Counted from the first letter of the stretch, positions 13,349-23,168 are shown. The stretch: DNA of 64,000 nt from Deltaproteobacteria bacterium (GCA_050258655.1 JBLMZF010000106.1:2669-66668); one strand, 5' to 3'. Numbers and translations: made by a program. Notes: a model not told the origin generated them from the letters alone.

Positions 13349-13966
13349 ACCGATTATCAGACGTTCCAAGACGAGGGCAGGCTTAAGCCTGCCCGTCTTG
13401 ATTTCCAGGTCACTCTTAAGCAGCAGCCCCATCCTCCGCTCCAGTTCCCGCGGATCGGCCACCCGCTTTTCCCAGGAAGCCCTTAAGCCCCCCAGCAGGC
13501 GTTCCGGCTTTTCACCTTCAAAAAGAAGCCTGTTCAGTATGGCCAGGCTTTCGCGGGCATCCCGCGCCTCTATCGTCCTGGCCAGGTCGAACACCGTCAG
13601 CTGCCTTTCCTCCCGGAAATAGCTTGTCCGGCAGCATTTCTTCAGCCCCTCCAGGAAACTGTCTTTGGGCAGGTTGCGCTCCACTTCGAGGACCAGCACC
13701 AGCCGTTCAGGAGGCGTGCGCACGAACGAGCCGAGGAAAGCCTTTGCGTCCTCCTTGAGCTCGTGGGCGTTCCTGATCACCACCATCCTGTTGCCCTGGC
13801 CGGCGGGGAAGAAAAGGAGAAGTTCCTGGAGTTTTTTGAGGCTGGTGTCCTTGCCGTAGACGGTGTCAAGATCGAACGCGGAGGACCGGGGAAGGGATTC
13901 TTTCTTGAGCTTATCCAGCGCTGCGTCGCGCGACGCGCTGTCTTGGCCGATGAACAGGTACACCAT
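13322..13966 (-). CDS. holA: DNA polymerase III delta subunit (short)
   Basis: MVYLFIG, VFDL, D-L-E-I-K-T-G-R C-terminal motif; synteny with lptE, comEC and rpsT. Confidence 0.75.
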   Translation of the reverse strand: MVYLFIGQDSASRDAALDKLKKESLPRSSAFDLDTVYGKDTSLKKLQELLLFFPAGQGNRMVVIRNAHELKEDAKAFLGSFVRTPPERLVLVLEVERNLPKDSFLEGLKKCCRTSYFREERQLTVFDLARTIEARDARESLAILNRLLFEGEKPERLLGGLRASWEKRVADPRELERRMGLLLKSDLEIKTGRLKPALVLERLIIGLCSLRKPA

Positions 13967-13981
13967 AGGCGGGGATGTGCG

Positions 13982-14524
13982 CTACCACTGTTCGACTGTC
14001 CGCTCGACGATTCGGCGGCTCAGGTCGTCGATGGCGTTGCTGATGGTCGTGGATTCCTGTCCGGCCGAGGGACCCGTGACGAAATATGTGGCGTACCCGG
14101 TATAGCTGGGTTCGTCCCAGATGGTGGTCCCCTTGGCGGCGTCGACCAGTTTGATATGCACGACCACGTTGACGCGGTATTCCTGCACGTTGTTGCCGGC
14201 ATCGTACCGCAGCGGGTCCTTGCGGAAATCAACCAGCTCTCCGGTAAGCAGCAGGTCGGCGGCGTCCTTGTCCTCCACCGGCTTGAGATTCCCGTCGATC
14301 AGGTATCTGCGCATCACGGTATTGGTGACATCGGTCTCGATCAGAGGACGGTAGGTGCGGTAATTGAACCCGTTGTCAGATTCGCGGGTGATATCGATCT
14401 TGTTCTGGAAAGGCGTGATGTAGATGGTATGATATTTCCCGGCGATCATCGAGCGGGTGGTGTAACCGCATCCCGATGAGAAGAATGCCAGCACCGCGAA
14501 TATCGAAAGGAGTATGGGTCTCAC
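13982..14524 (-). CDS. lptE: LptE family lipoprotein
   Basis: Lipobox SSGCGY, IYITPFQN, EYRV; position upstream of holA. Confidence 0.8.
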   Translation of the reverse strand: MRPILLSIFAVLAFFSSGCGYTTRSMIAGKYHTIYITPFQNKIDITRESDNGFNYRTYRPLIETDVTNTVMRRYLIDGNLKPVEDKDAADLLLTGELVDFRKDPLRYDAGNNVQEYRVNVVVHIKLVDAAKGTTIWDEPSYTGYATYFVTGPSAGQESTTISNAIDDLSRRIVERTVEQW

Positions 14525-15465
14525 TTCTTCTTCCCGTCCATTATGCGCAGGCGCTCCGCGGCCCTGGCCGCCCAGATGCTGTCCGGAACGTCCTTCATGA
14601 TGCCCTCGTAATAAAGCCTGGCCGGATCGGACTGCTTCTGCTTCTCGTAGAACCGCGCCGCGTTAAAGTCGCTTTCCGCCTCTTTGTCCTTGAGCCTGCC
14701 GATGTTCTTTTCGGCTTCTCTGGAAAGAGCGGCATCAGGATTGGACTTGACGAAATCCTCGAACTTCTCCTTGGCTTCCTTCGTGGCGCCCTGGTCGTAA
14801 TCCGACCCCTTGGAGAGCGCCGCCTTGGTCTCGGCGAGCTGGAACTTCGCCGGCTTGACCCATTCGCTTTCAGGATAATTGGAGACGACCTTGCCGAACG
14901 CGTCTTCCGCCTCGTTCAGGCGGCTCAAGCCCTTGAGCACCAGGCCGAGCCTGTACTGGGCCTTTGCGGCCAGAGGGCCGTAGGGGGCGTTGTCCACGAT
15001 CTTGCCGAATATCTCGATGGCCGGGTTCTCAACGGGAAGGGACATGCCCAGCGCCTTGCGCTTAGCCCCGTTCATGAACTCCTCCCCGATGGCGAATTCA
15101 CGCTCATTGATCTGGCCGATGCGCTCGGAGAAAGGATATTTCTCGACGACGACCTGATACGCCTTGTAGGCCTCGAACGGATTGCCGAGTTTCTCCTCGA
15201 CCTGGCCGAGGAAGAACTGGCTTTCCGCCGCCTCGGTGGACTTCGGGTAGGCCTTCAGGATCTTCCTGAACTCGCGCTTGGCGTCATCGTATTTGCCCGC
15301 GTCGAAAAGGGCCTTGGCTTCATTGAACTGCTCTTTAGGGCTGGATTTGACGCCATCCCTGGGGTTGACCCACTTGCCGGTCTTGGGAGTCCAGATCCAG
15401 TAAGGGTAAGCGGTGCCTGTGGAAAGGGCAAAAAAGACTATAAAGGGTATGAATATCTTTTTCAT
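14521..15465 (-). CDS. bamD: BamD-like TPR outer membrane assembly protein
   Basis: Signal peptide, TPR repeats with YP motifs, DQ..T..A, A.FYEK. Confidence 0.75.
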   Translation of the reverse strand: MKKIFIPFIVFFALSTGTAYPYWIWTPKTGKWVNPRDGVKSSPKEQFNEAKALFDAGKYDDAKREFRKILKAYPKSTEAAESQFFLGQVEEKLGNPFEAYKAYQVVVEKYPFSERIGQINEREFAIGEEFMNGAKRKALGMSLPVENPAIEIFGKIVDNAPYGPLAAKAQYRLGLVLKGLSRLNEAEDAFGKVVSNYPESEWVKPAKFQLAETKAALSKGSDYDQGATKEAKEKFEDFVKSNPDAALSREAEKNIGRLKDKEAESDFNAARFYEKQKQSDPARLYYEGIMKDVPDSIWAARAAERLRIMDGKKK

Positions 15466-15474
15466 AATATGATT

Positions 15475-15503
15475 AAGGTACCATAGACCGGTAGGTTTGT
15501 CAA
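15475..15503 (-). promoter_or_regulatory. Sigma70-type promoter for bamD-lptE-holA
   Basis: Minus strand TTGACA-17 nt-TACCTT preceded by TGG. Confidence 0.45.
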
Positions 15504-16891
15504 CGGGCGGGAAGGGAAAAAAACCCGAGCCGAAAGCTTGCCAGATGGACAAGGACGGCGGTGGAATGATCGACGGTGACAGCGATGAGGCCGGCGCAGG
15601 CAGGCAGGGCCAGCTCGGCCAGCAGGAGACAGAAACCGCAGAGCGTGATGAAGCCGGCAAGCGGCACTACCAGCAGGTTCGTAAGTATTGCTCCAGGGGT
15701 AAAAATACGGAAATAATAGGCGATGAGACCGGAGGTCATCAGCCACGCCGAGAAGGAAACGAGCAGACCGTCCGCGATATACCGGAAAAGGCCGGCAAGA
15801 CGCTCTATCCCCAGTCCTGTCTTCAAATGAGGATAGACGACGATCAATCCGAACACGCTGACGTAGGAGAGCTGAAACCCTGCGTCGAACAAAAGACGCG
15901 GGTTTATCATCAGCATCACGCACAGCGACAGGGCGAAGGCGTTCTGTATATCCCCTTCCCTGTGAAAGAGATATGCGCCTGATAGAATGACTGCCATTAT
16001 CCCCGCCCGCACAACGGGCTCGGAAGCGCCGGTCAGCAGACAATAGGCGAAGATCCCCGGGACCAGGAAGAAAAAACGCAGGCGCCGGGGCACGCGCAAA
16101 AGGCGCAGAAGGATAAGCAGCACGAAAACCACAATGCCGACATTGAACCCGCTGACCACCAGGATATGGATCGTACCCGTCTCGATCATCGCTCTCGTGA
16201 TGAGCGGAGAGACATCATCCTTCTCGCCGAGAAGCATCGCCTGCATCATGGCCGCGCACTGAGGCGAGAGCCGGTCACTCAGGGTCAGCGACAGACGATG
16301 ACGGAGCTTAAGCAGCAGGGATCCGATCCGGCCGCTGTCTTTTTTGACGAGCTCGATCGACCAGGGACGGCATTCGAGGATTCGGGAAATGCCGTGACGT
16401 TCCAGGTGATCGGAGTAATTCCTCATCATGAACGGAAAAGCCGCTCGGCAGGAGATAAACTCTCCCGAGGAAAGGAGCTGGTCACCGCAGGAATAAGGAA
16501 CGTCGGCCTTGACGATGAGCAGAAGCTTACCGTGCGCCGGGCTCGCCTTCCTGCCAGCGGATATCTGGTCAACGTCGAGCAGCATCCGCGTCGAGCCGCG
16601 AACCCGTTCTGGTTCGCCTGCCACCGTCCCCAGTACCGTTATATGTGCCGGCCAGGGGCGGTCGGAGACCGCGGAGACGGAGCGGACCTGACAAGCCGAA
16701 GCCCAGCAGCAGCCTACGGAAAATGAAAGAAGCGGTAAAAGCGCCGCCGGGAAGGAACGGCCGCGGAGTAGCCAGGAGGCCGCTGAAAGCGCCGAGGCGC
16801 AGAAAAAGAGAACGACGAACGGAAGCCGGACATAAAACGCGAAACCGATCCCGGCGCAGAAAAATCCGGACAGGATAAGCAGCGGGCTCAT
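15500..16891 (-). CDS. comEC: ComEC/Rec2 competence channel (no metallo-beta-lactamase domain)
   Basis: DUF4131-like N-terminus, HILVVSGFNV, VRAGIM, GFQLS. Confidence 0.88.
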   Translation of the reverse strand: MSPLLILSGFFCAGIGFAFYVRLPFVVLFFCASALSAASWLLRGRSFPAALLPLLSFSVGCCWASACQVRSVSAVSDRPWPAHITVLGTVAGEPERVRGSTRMLLDVDQISAGRKASPAHGKLLLIVKADVPYSCGDQLLSSGEFISCRAAFPFMMRNYSDHLERHGISRILECRPWSIELVKKDSGRIGSLLLKLRHRLSLTLSDRLSPQCAAMMQAMLLGEKDDVSPLITRAMIETGTIHILVVSGFNVGIVVFVLLILLRLLRVPRRLRFFFLVPGIFAYCLLTGASEPVVRAGIMAVILSGAYLFHREGDIQNAFALSLCVMLMINPRLLFDAGFQLSYVSVFGLIVVYPHLKTGLGIERLAGLFRYIADGLLVSFSAWLMTSGLIAYYFRIFTPGAILTNLLVVPLAGFITLCGFCLLLAELALPACAGLIAVTVDHSTAVLVHLASFRLGFFSLPAR

Positions 16892-16900
16892 ATCCTCGTC

Positions 16901-17227
16901 TTACCTGACGCAGACCCAATCTCTGACCCTGCCCACCAGCGATGACCGCATACCTTTGACTTTCGAAAGCTCGGCGACATCCGAGAACCCGTTGTTGTCC
17001 TCGCGATATTGGATGATCCTGCGCGCCAGTCCGTCCCCGATACCCGGGAGGCTTTTGAGAGCCTCCGTATCCGCTTTGTTCAGGTCGATCCTTCCCAGGT
17101 CGCGGAGGAATTCGCGCCTTTCCAGCGGCGGGATCATTTTCGCCGCGCACTCGATCGCCGCCCCCGCGCCGCTTACCGCCAGCAAAAACACCACCACCTG
17201 CCTCTCCTGCTTCGTCAGCTCAAGCAT
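16901..17227 (-). CDS. comEA: ComEA-like helix-hairpin-helix DNA-binding protein
   Basis: IDLNKA, LPGIG, IIQYRE, VKGM; start ATG 17227 with an AGGGAGG SD. Confidence 0.85.
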   Translation of the reverse strand: MLELTKQERQVVVFLLAVSGAGAAIECAAKMIPPLERREFLRDLGRIDLNKADTEALKSLPGIGDGLARRIIQYREDNNGFSDVAELSKVKGMRSSLVGRVRDWVCVR

Positions 17228-17259
17228 ATCGCCTCCCTTCCCCACCGCTTCGCGGTGCG

Positions 17260-17285
17260 CTTGCGTAGGTTCCAACCTACGCAAG
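17260..17285. repeat. REP-like palindrome, left flank of the transposase
   Basis: CTTGCGTAGGTT-CC-AACCTACGCAAG. Confidence 0.85.
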
Positions 17286-17287
17286 TA

Positions 17288-17908
17288 TTATGGTTCTATA
17301 ACTAGATGTTTAATGGTTGCGAGTTCTCGTTGATAATCTATGCGCGAATTGACAAAATCAGCATATTTTTCTGAAGCAATATCGATAAACTCTTTAAATT
17401 CGCAGATTCCCGATTCTTCTCCCAGATATTCTTTAAACGAAGAATACTTCCACTCTTCAGGAGCATTAACCAGATAGGCCGTTACCGGATTAAGGTGGAT
17501 ATATCTGGTTAGATGAAGTAAATACTCCTCATTTTCAATCAGTTTTCTCTTAAACCTTCCTTCCCAAAGAGGACCTTTGCGCTTGACTCTCGCATTGAAA
17601 TAATGCGTGTAACCATTTAACACTTTGTTCATATAAAGTGAGATGCCATTCTCTTGCAATTGCTTTAATATTAGATGAATGTGCGTGCTCATCAGACAAA
17701 AAGCTATTATCTGCACAAGAGCGGATCGCGGTTGGCGGATCGGAGAAGTAATTGAATTTCTCGTTTTTGCATTAGGATCTTTGTAGAATTGGAGGGCCTC
17801 AAGCATTCGAATGTAATCTCTTTCTGAATTAAAGATTACATAGTCAGAAATGCTTTTGCTGTAAACATGATAGATACTACCTTCGACTAAGGGATCGTTC
17901 GCCATCAC
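17288..17908 (-). mobile_element. REP-associated tyrosine transposase (RAYT/Y1 HUH, IS200-like fold)
   Basis: YHVYSK, FCLMSTHIHL (HUH), YFN, LWEGRFK, RYIHLNP, WKYSS; visibly AT-rich compared with its neighbours. Confidence 0.9.
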
Positions 17909-17978
17909 CTAAATAGACAGCGAAAAATAGGAAGTCTAACAGCTTTTTTTAAGGATTTGGGGTTGAATTGGCTTATTG

Positions 17979-18008
17979 CGCTTGCGTAGGTTGGAACCTA
18001 CGCAAGCG
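17979..18008. repeat. REP-like palindrome, right flank of the transposase
   Basis: CGCTTGCGTAGGTT-GG-AACCTACGCAAGCG, an inverted copy of the left flank. Confidence 0.85.
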
Positions 18009-18021
18009 GCGAAGCGGGGAA

Positions 18022-20439
18022 TTAGACGACGATGGTGACGAGTTTGCCGGGGATGACGATGAATTTCCTGATCTCTTTGCCGTCGAGCCAGGGCTTGGCT
18101 TTTTCGTCAGAAAGAACGGCGGCGCGGATCTCGGGCTCGCCCGCGGCCGCGGGGACTTCCACGCGCGAGCGGACTTTGCCGTTGATCTGGATCACGTAGG
18201 TGATAACGTTCTCGACCAGCATCGCCGGGTCATACTTCGGCCACGGCGCTTTGGCGATGTCGCCCTTATGGCAGGTCATCTCCCAGAGCTCCTCGCACAT
18301 GTGCGGCGTGATCGGCGAAAGCAGCTGAACGAGCGTCGATAAGATCTCGCGGTCAGCCCCGTACTGGTAGATGGCGTTGACGAACTCCATCATCGAGGCG
18401 ATGGCGGTGTTGAACTTGAAGTTCTCCAGGTCGTCGGTGACCTTCTTGACGGTCTTGTGCATCACCTTGAGCAGTGCCGGGTCGGACTTCTCTTTAAGGT
18501 TGTCCTGGATCCTCCAGACGCGGTTGAGGAACTTGAACGCGCCCTCGATACCGCGGTCATCCCACTCGAGCTCTGTCTCGGGCGGAGCGGCGAAGAGGAT
18601 GAACAGCCTCATGCTGTCGGCGCCGTATTTATCGATGATGGAATCGGGGTCGACGATGTTGCCCTTTGATTTAGACATGACCTCGCCGTCCTTGAGCACC
18701 ATGCCCTGCGTCAGCAGGCGCTTGAACGGCTCGTCGAAATCGACCATACCGAGGTCTTTGAAGAACTTGGTGAAGAAGCGCGAATAGAGAAGATGGAGGA
18801 TCGCGTGCTCGATGCCGCCGATATACTGATCGACCGGCATCCAGTACTTCGCTTCCTGCATGTCAAAAGGAGCCTGCGCGTCTTTCGGCGAACAATACCT
18901 GAGAAAATACCAGGAAGAGTCGAAGAACGTGGCCATGGTATCGGTCTCGCGCCGCGCCTTGCCGCCGCACTTCGGGCACTTCGTCTCGACGAATTCCTTG
19001 ACCTTGCCTAACGGGCTTCCGCCCTCTCCGGTGAAAGGCGCGTCCGCCGGCAGCTTGACCGGCAGTTCCTTGTACGGCACCGGCACGACCCCGCATTGAG
19101 GGCAGTAGACCATCGGGATGGGCGTGCCCCAGTATCTCTGACGGGAAATCAGCCAGTCGCGCAGGCGCCAATGGGTCTGGATCTTCCCGATCCCGGTCTT
19201 CTCCATCCACTCGGCGATCGCGGCCTTGGCCTTGACGTTGGGCATGCCGTCGAACTGCTTCGAATTCACCTCTTCGCCCTCGCCCTCGAACGCCTCGGTC
19301 ATCTCCGCCGCATCGAGCTTCGCGCCCTCAGGCTGGATGACCACGCGCATCGGCAGGCCGTGCTCTTTGGCGAACAGGAAATCACGCTGGTCATGGGTCG
19401 GGACGGCCATGATCGCCCCGGTCCCGTACTCCATCAGCACGTAATCGGCGGTCCAGATCGGCACCTCTTCCCCATTGACCGGGTTGACGGCATGCGCCCC
19501 GGTAAAAATACCTTCCTTCTTCACTCCTCCGGCACGGTCGACCTTGCTCTCTTCCGAGACGCGCTGGATGAAATCGGACACTTCCCTCTCGCGCGGCGTG
19601 CCTTTGACCAGCTCGGCGACAAGCGGATGCTCGGGAGCGAGAACGACATAGGTAGCTCCAAAGATAGTGTCCGGCCTGGTGGTAAATACCGGAATAACGC
19701 GGTCCGTACCCTTGAGCTTGAAATATATCTCCACACCCTGGCTCTTGCCGATCCAGTTGGTCTGCATCGCCACGACCCTCTCCGGCCACTGCGAAAGCTG
19801 GGAGAGATCATCCAGGAGGCGTTCCTTGTAATCAGTGATCTTCAGGTACCACTGCTCGAGCTCCTTCTGCTCGACCTGCGCGTGGCAGCGCCAGCAGCCG
19901 CCCTCGATGACCTCTTCATTGGCCAGCGTAGTCTGGCACGACGGGCACCAGTTGACCGACGATCCCTTCTTGTAGGCGAGACCGCGCTCGTACATCTTGA
20001 GGAATATCCACTGGTTCCAGGCGTAATAATCGGCGTCGCAGGTCGACACCTCGCGGTCCCAGTCGTAGGAGAAACCCATCTTCCTGAGCTCGACCTCCAT
20101 GTCGCGGATGCATTTATGTGTCCAGGCGTCAGGCTTGGTCTTGTTCTTGATCGCGGCGTTCTCGGCGGGCTGGCCGAACGCGTCGAAGCCCATCGGGTGC
20201 AAGACCTCGAAACCGCGGTTCCATTTATAGCGGCTGTAGACGTCGCCGATGGTGTAGTTGCGCACATGGCCCATGTGGATCTTGCCCGACGGGTACGGGA
20301 ACATCTCCAGGCAGTAGAACTTAGGGCGGGGGCCCACACCGGCACCTCCACTTGTGCCGGGTGGGACGGCCCTGAACGTTCCAAATTTCTGCCAGTGCGC
20401 ACGCCACTTCTCTTCTATCCGTTTGAAATCGTATTCCAT
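18022..20439 (-). CDS. leuS: Leucine--tRNA ligase
   Basis: MFPYPSG, HMGH, editing domain, VMSKSKGN. Confidence 0.98.
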   Translation of the reverse strand: MEYDFKRIEEKWRAHWQKFGTFRAVPPGTSGGAGVGPRPKFYCLEMFPYPSGKIHMGHVRNYTIGDVYSRYKWNRGFEVLHPMGFDAFGQPAENAAIKNKTKPDAWTHKCIRDMEVELRKMGFSYDWDREVSTCDADYYAWNQWIFLKMYERGLAYKKGSSVNWCPSCQTTLANEEVIEGGCWRCHAQVEQKELEQWYLKITDYKERLLDDLSQLSQWPERVVAMQTNWIGKSQGVEIYFKLKGTDRVIPVFTTRPDTIFGATYVVLAPEHPLVAELVKGTPREREVSDFIQRVSEESKVDRAGGVKKEGIFTGAHAVNPVNGEEVPIWTADYVLMEYGTGAIMAVPTHDQRDFLFAKEHGLPMRVVIQPEGAKLDAAEMTEAFEGEGEEVNSKQFDGMPNVKAKAAIAEWMEKTGIGKIQTHWRLRDWLISRQRYWGTPIPMVYCPQCGVVPVPYKELPVKLPADAPFTGEGGSPLGKVKEFVETKCPKCGGKARRETDTMATFFDSSWYFLRYCSPKDAQAPFDMQEAKYWMPVDQYIGGIEHAILHLLYSRFFTKFFKDLGMVDFDEPFKRLLTQGMVLKDGEVMSKSKGNIVDPDSIIDKYGADSMRLFILFAAPPETELEWDDRGIEGAFKFLNRVWRIQDNLKEKSDPALLKVMHKTVKKVTDDLENFKFNTAIASMMEFVNAIYQYGADREILSTLVQLLSPITPHMCEELWEMTCHKGDIAKAPWPKYDPAMLVENVITYVIQINGKVRSRVEVPAAAGEPEIRAAVLSDEKAKPWLDGKEIRKFIVIPGKLVTIVV

Positions 20440-20441
20440 AT

Positions 20442-20837
20442 TTATGCTTTCATCCTCAGCGGCATAAGCGAGATCATCGTCTGTATGCCTTCAAGCACAT
20501 GCTCCATGCCGCACGGCTTGGTCAGGTAATGGTCAGCCTCGAGTTCATAGCACTTCTTCGTCGCTTCCAGCTCCTGCCGGGCGCTGACGATTATCACCGG
20601 CCGCCAGCGGTCGTTGTATTTCTCTCTGACGGTCTTAAGGACGTCGAATCCGTTGCATCCGGGAAGGTTGAGGTCCAGCAGGAGGATATCCGGGTTCTCG
20701 GAAGCCATCTTCGCGATCGCCTCCTCCCCGTCGACGGCTGTGACCACGCCGTACCCTTCGCGCATGAGCTTGCGCTGGAGCGCTTCTCTTACGTCCGGTT
20801 CGTCGTCGACCACCAGTATCTTATATGTCATGATCAT
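20442..20837 (-). CDS. Single-domain response regulator
   Basis: ILVVDDE, DLNLP, KP. Confidence 0.9.
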   Translation of the reverse strand: MIMTYKILVVDDEPDVREALQRKLMREGYGVVTAVDGEEAIAKMASENPDILLLDLNLPGCNGFDVLKTVREKYNDRWRPVIIVSARQELEATKKCYELEADHYLTKPCGMEHVLEGIQTMISLMPLRMKA

Positions 20838-20859
20838 CAACCTACGAAGTTGAAAAGGT
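20838..20859 (-). repeat. REP-like half element ACCTTTTCAACTTCGTAGGTTG
   Basis: 21/22 match to 10094-10115 on the opposite strand. Confidence 0.65.
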
Positions 20860-21713
20860 TAACCGGTCTTTTCTTCGACGATCCCGCGGACCGTCTTCAA
20901 ATTCTTCTTATCTGCGGTCGCCGGCTCCTTGGGCGTCTCAAGGATGAACGGCTTGCCGCTGAACCGCGGGTCCTTAAGAAGCAGCCTGAAACCGTTGAGA
21001 CCGATATTACCTTTACCTATATGGGTATGGATATCGTAGTGGCTGCCGAGCCCGCTGGCGCAGTCGTTCAGATGCACCAGCCCGAGCCGCTCGAACCCCA
21101 CCTGTTCCTCGATCTGGCCGGCCAACCGGTCAAAACCTTCCCTCGTCGCCAGGTCGTACCCGGCGGCGTAGGCGTGGCAGGTGTCGAGACAGACACCGAC
21201 CCTTTCCTTCTGCTCCACCCTGGCGATGATCTTGCGGTGGTGCATGAACTTATACCCGAGCCAGGAGCCCGAGCCAGCGGTGTTCTCAAGCAGCAGTTTG
21301 ACCTTGCAGTCCCGCGTCTTCTCGAGGATGCGGTTGAGCGCCTTAGACACCCGCTGAAAGCCGAAGTTCTCGCCTTTTTTCTTGTGGCTGCCGGAATGAA
21401 GCACCATGTACTCGACGCCCAGCGCCTCAGCTTCCTTGATGTCCTCGATCACGGCGCGGATCGAGCCGTAAAAAAGCTTGCCTTCAGGCGAAGCGAGGTT
21501 GACCAGGTACGGCACGTGCACGAACACAGCGCGGATGCCCGCCGCCTTCCTGCGCTTCCTGAATTCCTCGATATCCGCTGCCTGGATCTTTGTCTTTCGC
21601 CATTGGCGGGGATCGCGGGAGAAGATCTGCATCACGTTGCAGCCGAGCTTCTCGGCCCTCGTGACCGCTTCATACACATGCCCGGCGATCGAGACATGCA
21701 CTCCCAGCAGCAC
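20859..21713 (-). CDS. nfo: Endonuclease IV
   Basis: GVHVSIAG, HVPYLVNLAS, ENTAG, DTCH, HLND, ILETP. Confidence 0.95.
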   Translation of the reverse strand: MLLGVHVSIAGHVYEAVTRAEKLGCNVMQIFSRDPRQWRKTKIQAADIEEFRKRRKAAGIRAVFVHVPYLVNLASPEGKLFYGSIRAVIEDIKEAEALGVEYMVLHSGSHKKKGENFGFQRVSKALNRILEKTRDCKVKLLLENTAGSGSWLGYKFMHHRKIIARVEQKERVGVCLDTCHAYAAGYDLATREGFDRLAGQIEEQVGFERLGLVHLNDCASGLGSHYDIHTHIGKGNIGLNGFRLLLKDPRFSGKPFILETPKEPATADKKNLKTVRGIVEEKTG

Positions 21714-22300
21714 TAGGCTACGCCTCCTGAGAGGGAAAGGAGCTTATTGAGCGCCCATTCCACTTTCTCGGGCCCCAGGTCCTGCTCAAGCGGGCCTGCG
21801 GGTTTCCCCAGCCAGAGACCCTGCTTGTTCATCAGGAACGATTCAAAACCCTGGGCGAAAAGTTCCTTGAGCGTGTTCTTTGCGGAGGGATTAAGGAAAT
21901 TGACGGCCATCATCGGCCGGTCGGAATAGATGATGAACTGGCTGTCGAAAAAGGGGTCGTTGATGCGGGCCTGGCGGACGATGGAGATCTCTCCCAGGGG
22001 ACCGCGCGCCCCCTGCTTATAGACGCGCAGCATGAAAGAGGCCGGTCTACACAACCGGAAGACCAGCAGCGCGGGAGAACTCTTCCCCCCGCCGGCCATA
22101 TGGACCGAGAAATCGATGTCGCGGAACTTTCCCCGCATCGAATCCGCCAGAAGCCCGGCCTTGCCCTTATATTTAAGAGCAAGGGCCTTGAAGAACTTGC
22201 GCGCGGGGTCCTGAAAGATATGCAGGATAACCACCAGTATGGCCAGGCACAGGAAGACGACGAGGACGACGCCTACCTGTAGTATGAGCGGATCATTCAT
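21713..22300 (-). CDS. Hypothetical membrane-anchored protein
   Basis: N-terminal TM, DPFFDSQFIIYSD motif; fits the operon. Confidence 0.65.
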   Translation of the reverse strand: MNDPLILQVGVVLVVFLCLAILVVILHIFQDPARKFFKALALKYKGKAGLLADSMRGKFRDIDFSVHMAGGGKSSPALLVFRLCRPASFMLRVYKQGARGPLGEISIVRQARINDPFFDSQFIIYSDRPMMAVNFLNPSAKNTLKELFAQGFESFLMNKQGLWLGKPAGPLEQDLGPEKVEWALNKLLSLSGGVA

Positions 22301-22361
22301 GTGGGTCCAGAGTTACCGGAGGGAGGACAAGGGCACATGCCGTGCCCGTTACGGGGAAATT

Positions 22362-22437
<76 letters not shown>

Positions 22438-22454
22438 ATGAGATCTTTTCGCCG

Positions 22455-22856
22455 CTATCCTGTCTGGTCCAGGTACTTAGAAAGAAGCTGCCAGGTGCGG
22501 CTTCCGATGACCCCGTCGGGAGTGAGGCCGTTGGCGGACTGGAACTTCTTGATGGCATCCTTCGTCTTTGAGCCTATCTGGCCGTCGATGGTGCCCTGAT
22601 AATAGCCCGCCTTCTTGAGCGCAAGCTGTATTTCCTTGCCGTTTGGCATCCGGACTTCCTTCTTCCCGGATATCGCCAGCTGCTGGCGCAGTGCGGCATT
22701 CTCATCCTGCGACTGCTTGAGCTGGGTCTCCAGCGCGGTTATCCTGTCCTGCAGCTGCTGTGAATCAGGTTTCGGTGCCCCGGTGGGGGCGGTCGTCGCA
22801 CATCCTGACAGAGCCAGGACAAGTAAGGAAATCAACGCATATTGCCTCAATCCCAT
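22455..22856 (-). CDS. Lipoprotein with coiled coil and peptidoglycan-binding domain
   Basis: LSGC lipobox; IQLALKKAGYY..DG..G..T..AIKKFQ...GL..DG..G..TW. Confidence 0.88.
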   Translation of the reverse strand: MGLRQYALISLLVLALSGCATTAPTGAPKPDSQQLQDRITALETQLKQSQDENAALRQQLAISGKKEVRMPNGKEIQLALKKAGYYQGTIDGQIGSKTKDAIKKFQSANGLTPDGVIGSRTWQLLSKYLDQTG

Positions 22857-22885
22857 TTCTTCCCTCCGTTTGGAAATTTTGATTT

Positions 22886-22936
22886 ATTATAGCCTATATT
22901 TAGTGAATTGACAAACAGGTTTTTCAAAGGTATAGT
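22886..22936. promoter_or_regulatory. Divergent overlapping sigma70 promoters
   Basis: Plus: TTGACA(22908)-17-TATAGT(22931); minus: TTGTCA(22914)-17-TATAAT(22891). Confidence 0.65.
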
Positions 22937-22947
22937 TTAAATAATTC

Positions 22948-23046
22948 CTTTGCCGCACGCGAGTGCGGCGTCCGCTTTGCCGTACCTAGCGGTACGGCCA
23001 GTTCTTCGCCGCCCCCGGCGCTTAATTGGAATAGCGCCGGGACGGC
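22948..23046 (+). ncRNA. Putative structured leader of three CTTY-GCCG...CGGC hairpins upstream of tRNA-Leu
   Basis: Three tandem stems read directly from the sequence; function unknown. Confidence 0.4.
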
Positions 23047-23054
23047 TTCCGTAA

Positions 23055-23137
23055 GCCGGGGTGTCGGAATGGCAGACGAGTCGGTCTCAAAAACCGATGT
23101 CCGAAAGGGCGTGAGGGTTCAACTCCCTCCCCCGGCA
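23055..23137 (+). tRNA. tRNA-Leu(CAA)
   Basis: GCCGGGG acceptor, TCGGT-CTCAAAA-ACCGA anticodon arm, long variable arm, GGTTCAACTCC; CCA not encoded. Confidence 0.93.
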
Positions 23138-23168
23138 TGAATTTTCCCTCTATTACTGTCAGAAAATC

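Noticed and set aside
22331-22352. GGGCAC-ATGCC-GTGCCC hairpin downstream of tRNA-Ala
   Set aside because: Short and single-copy here; it cannot be told apart from a terminator or a decayed REP.
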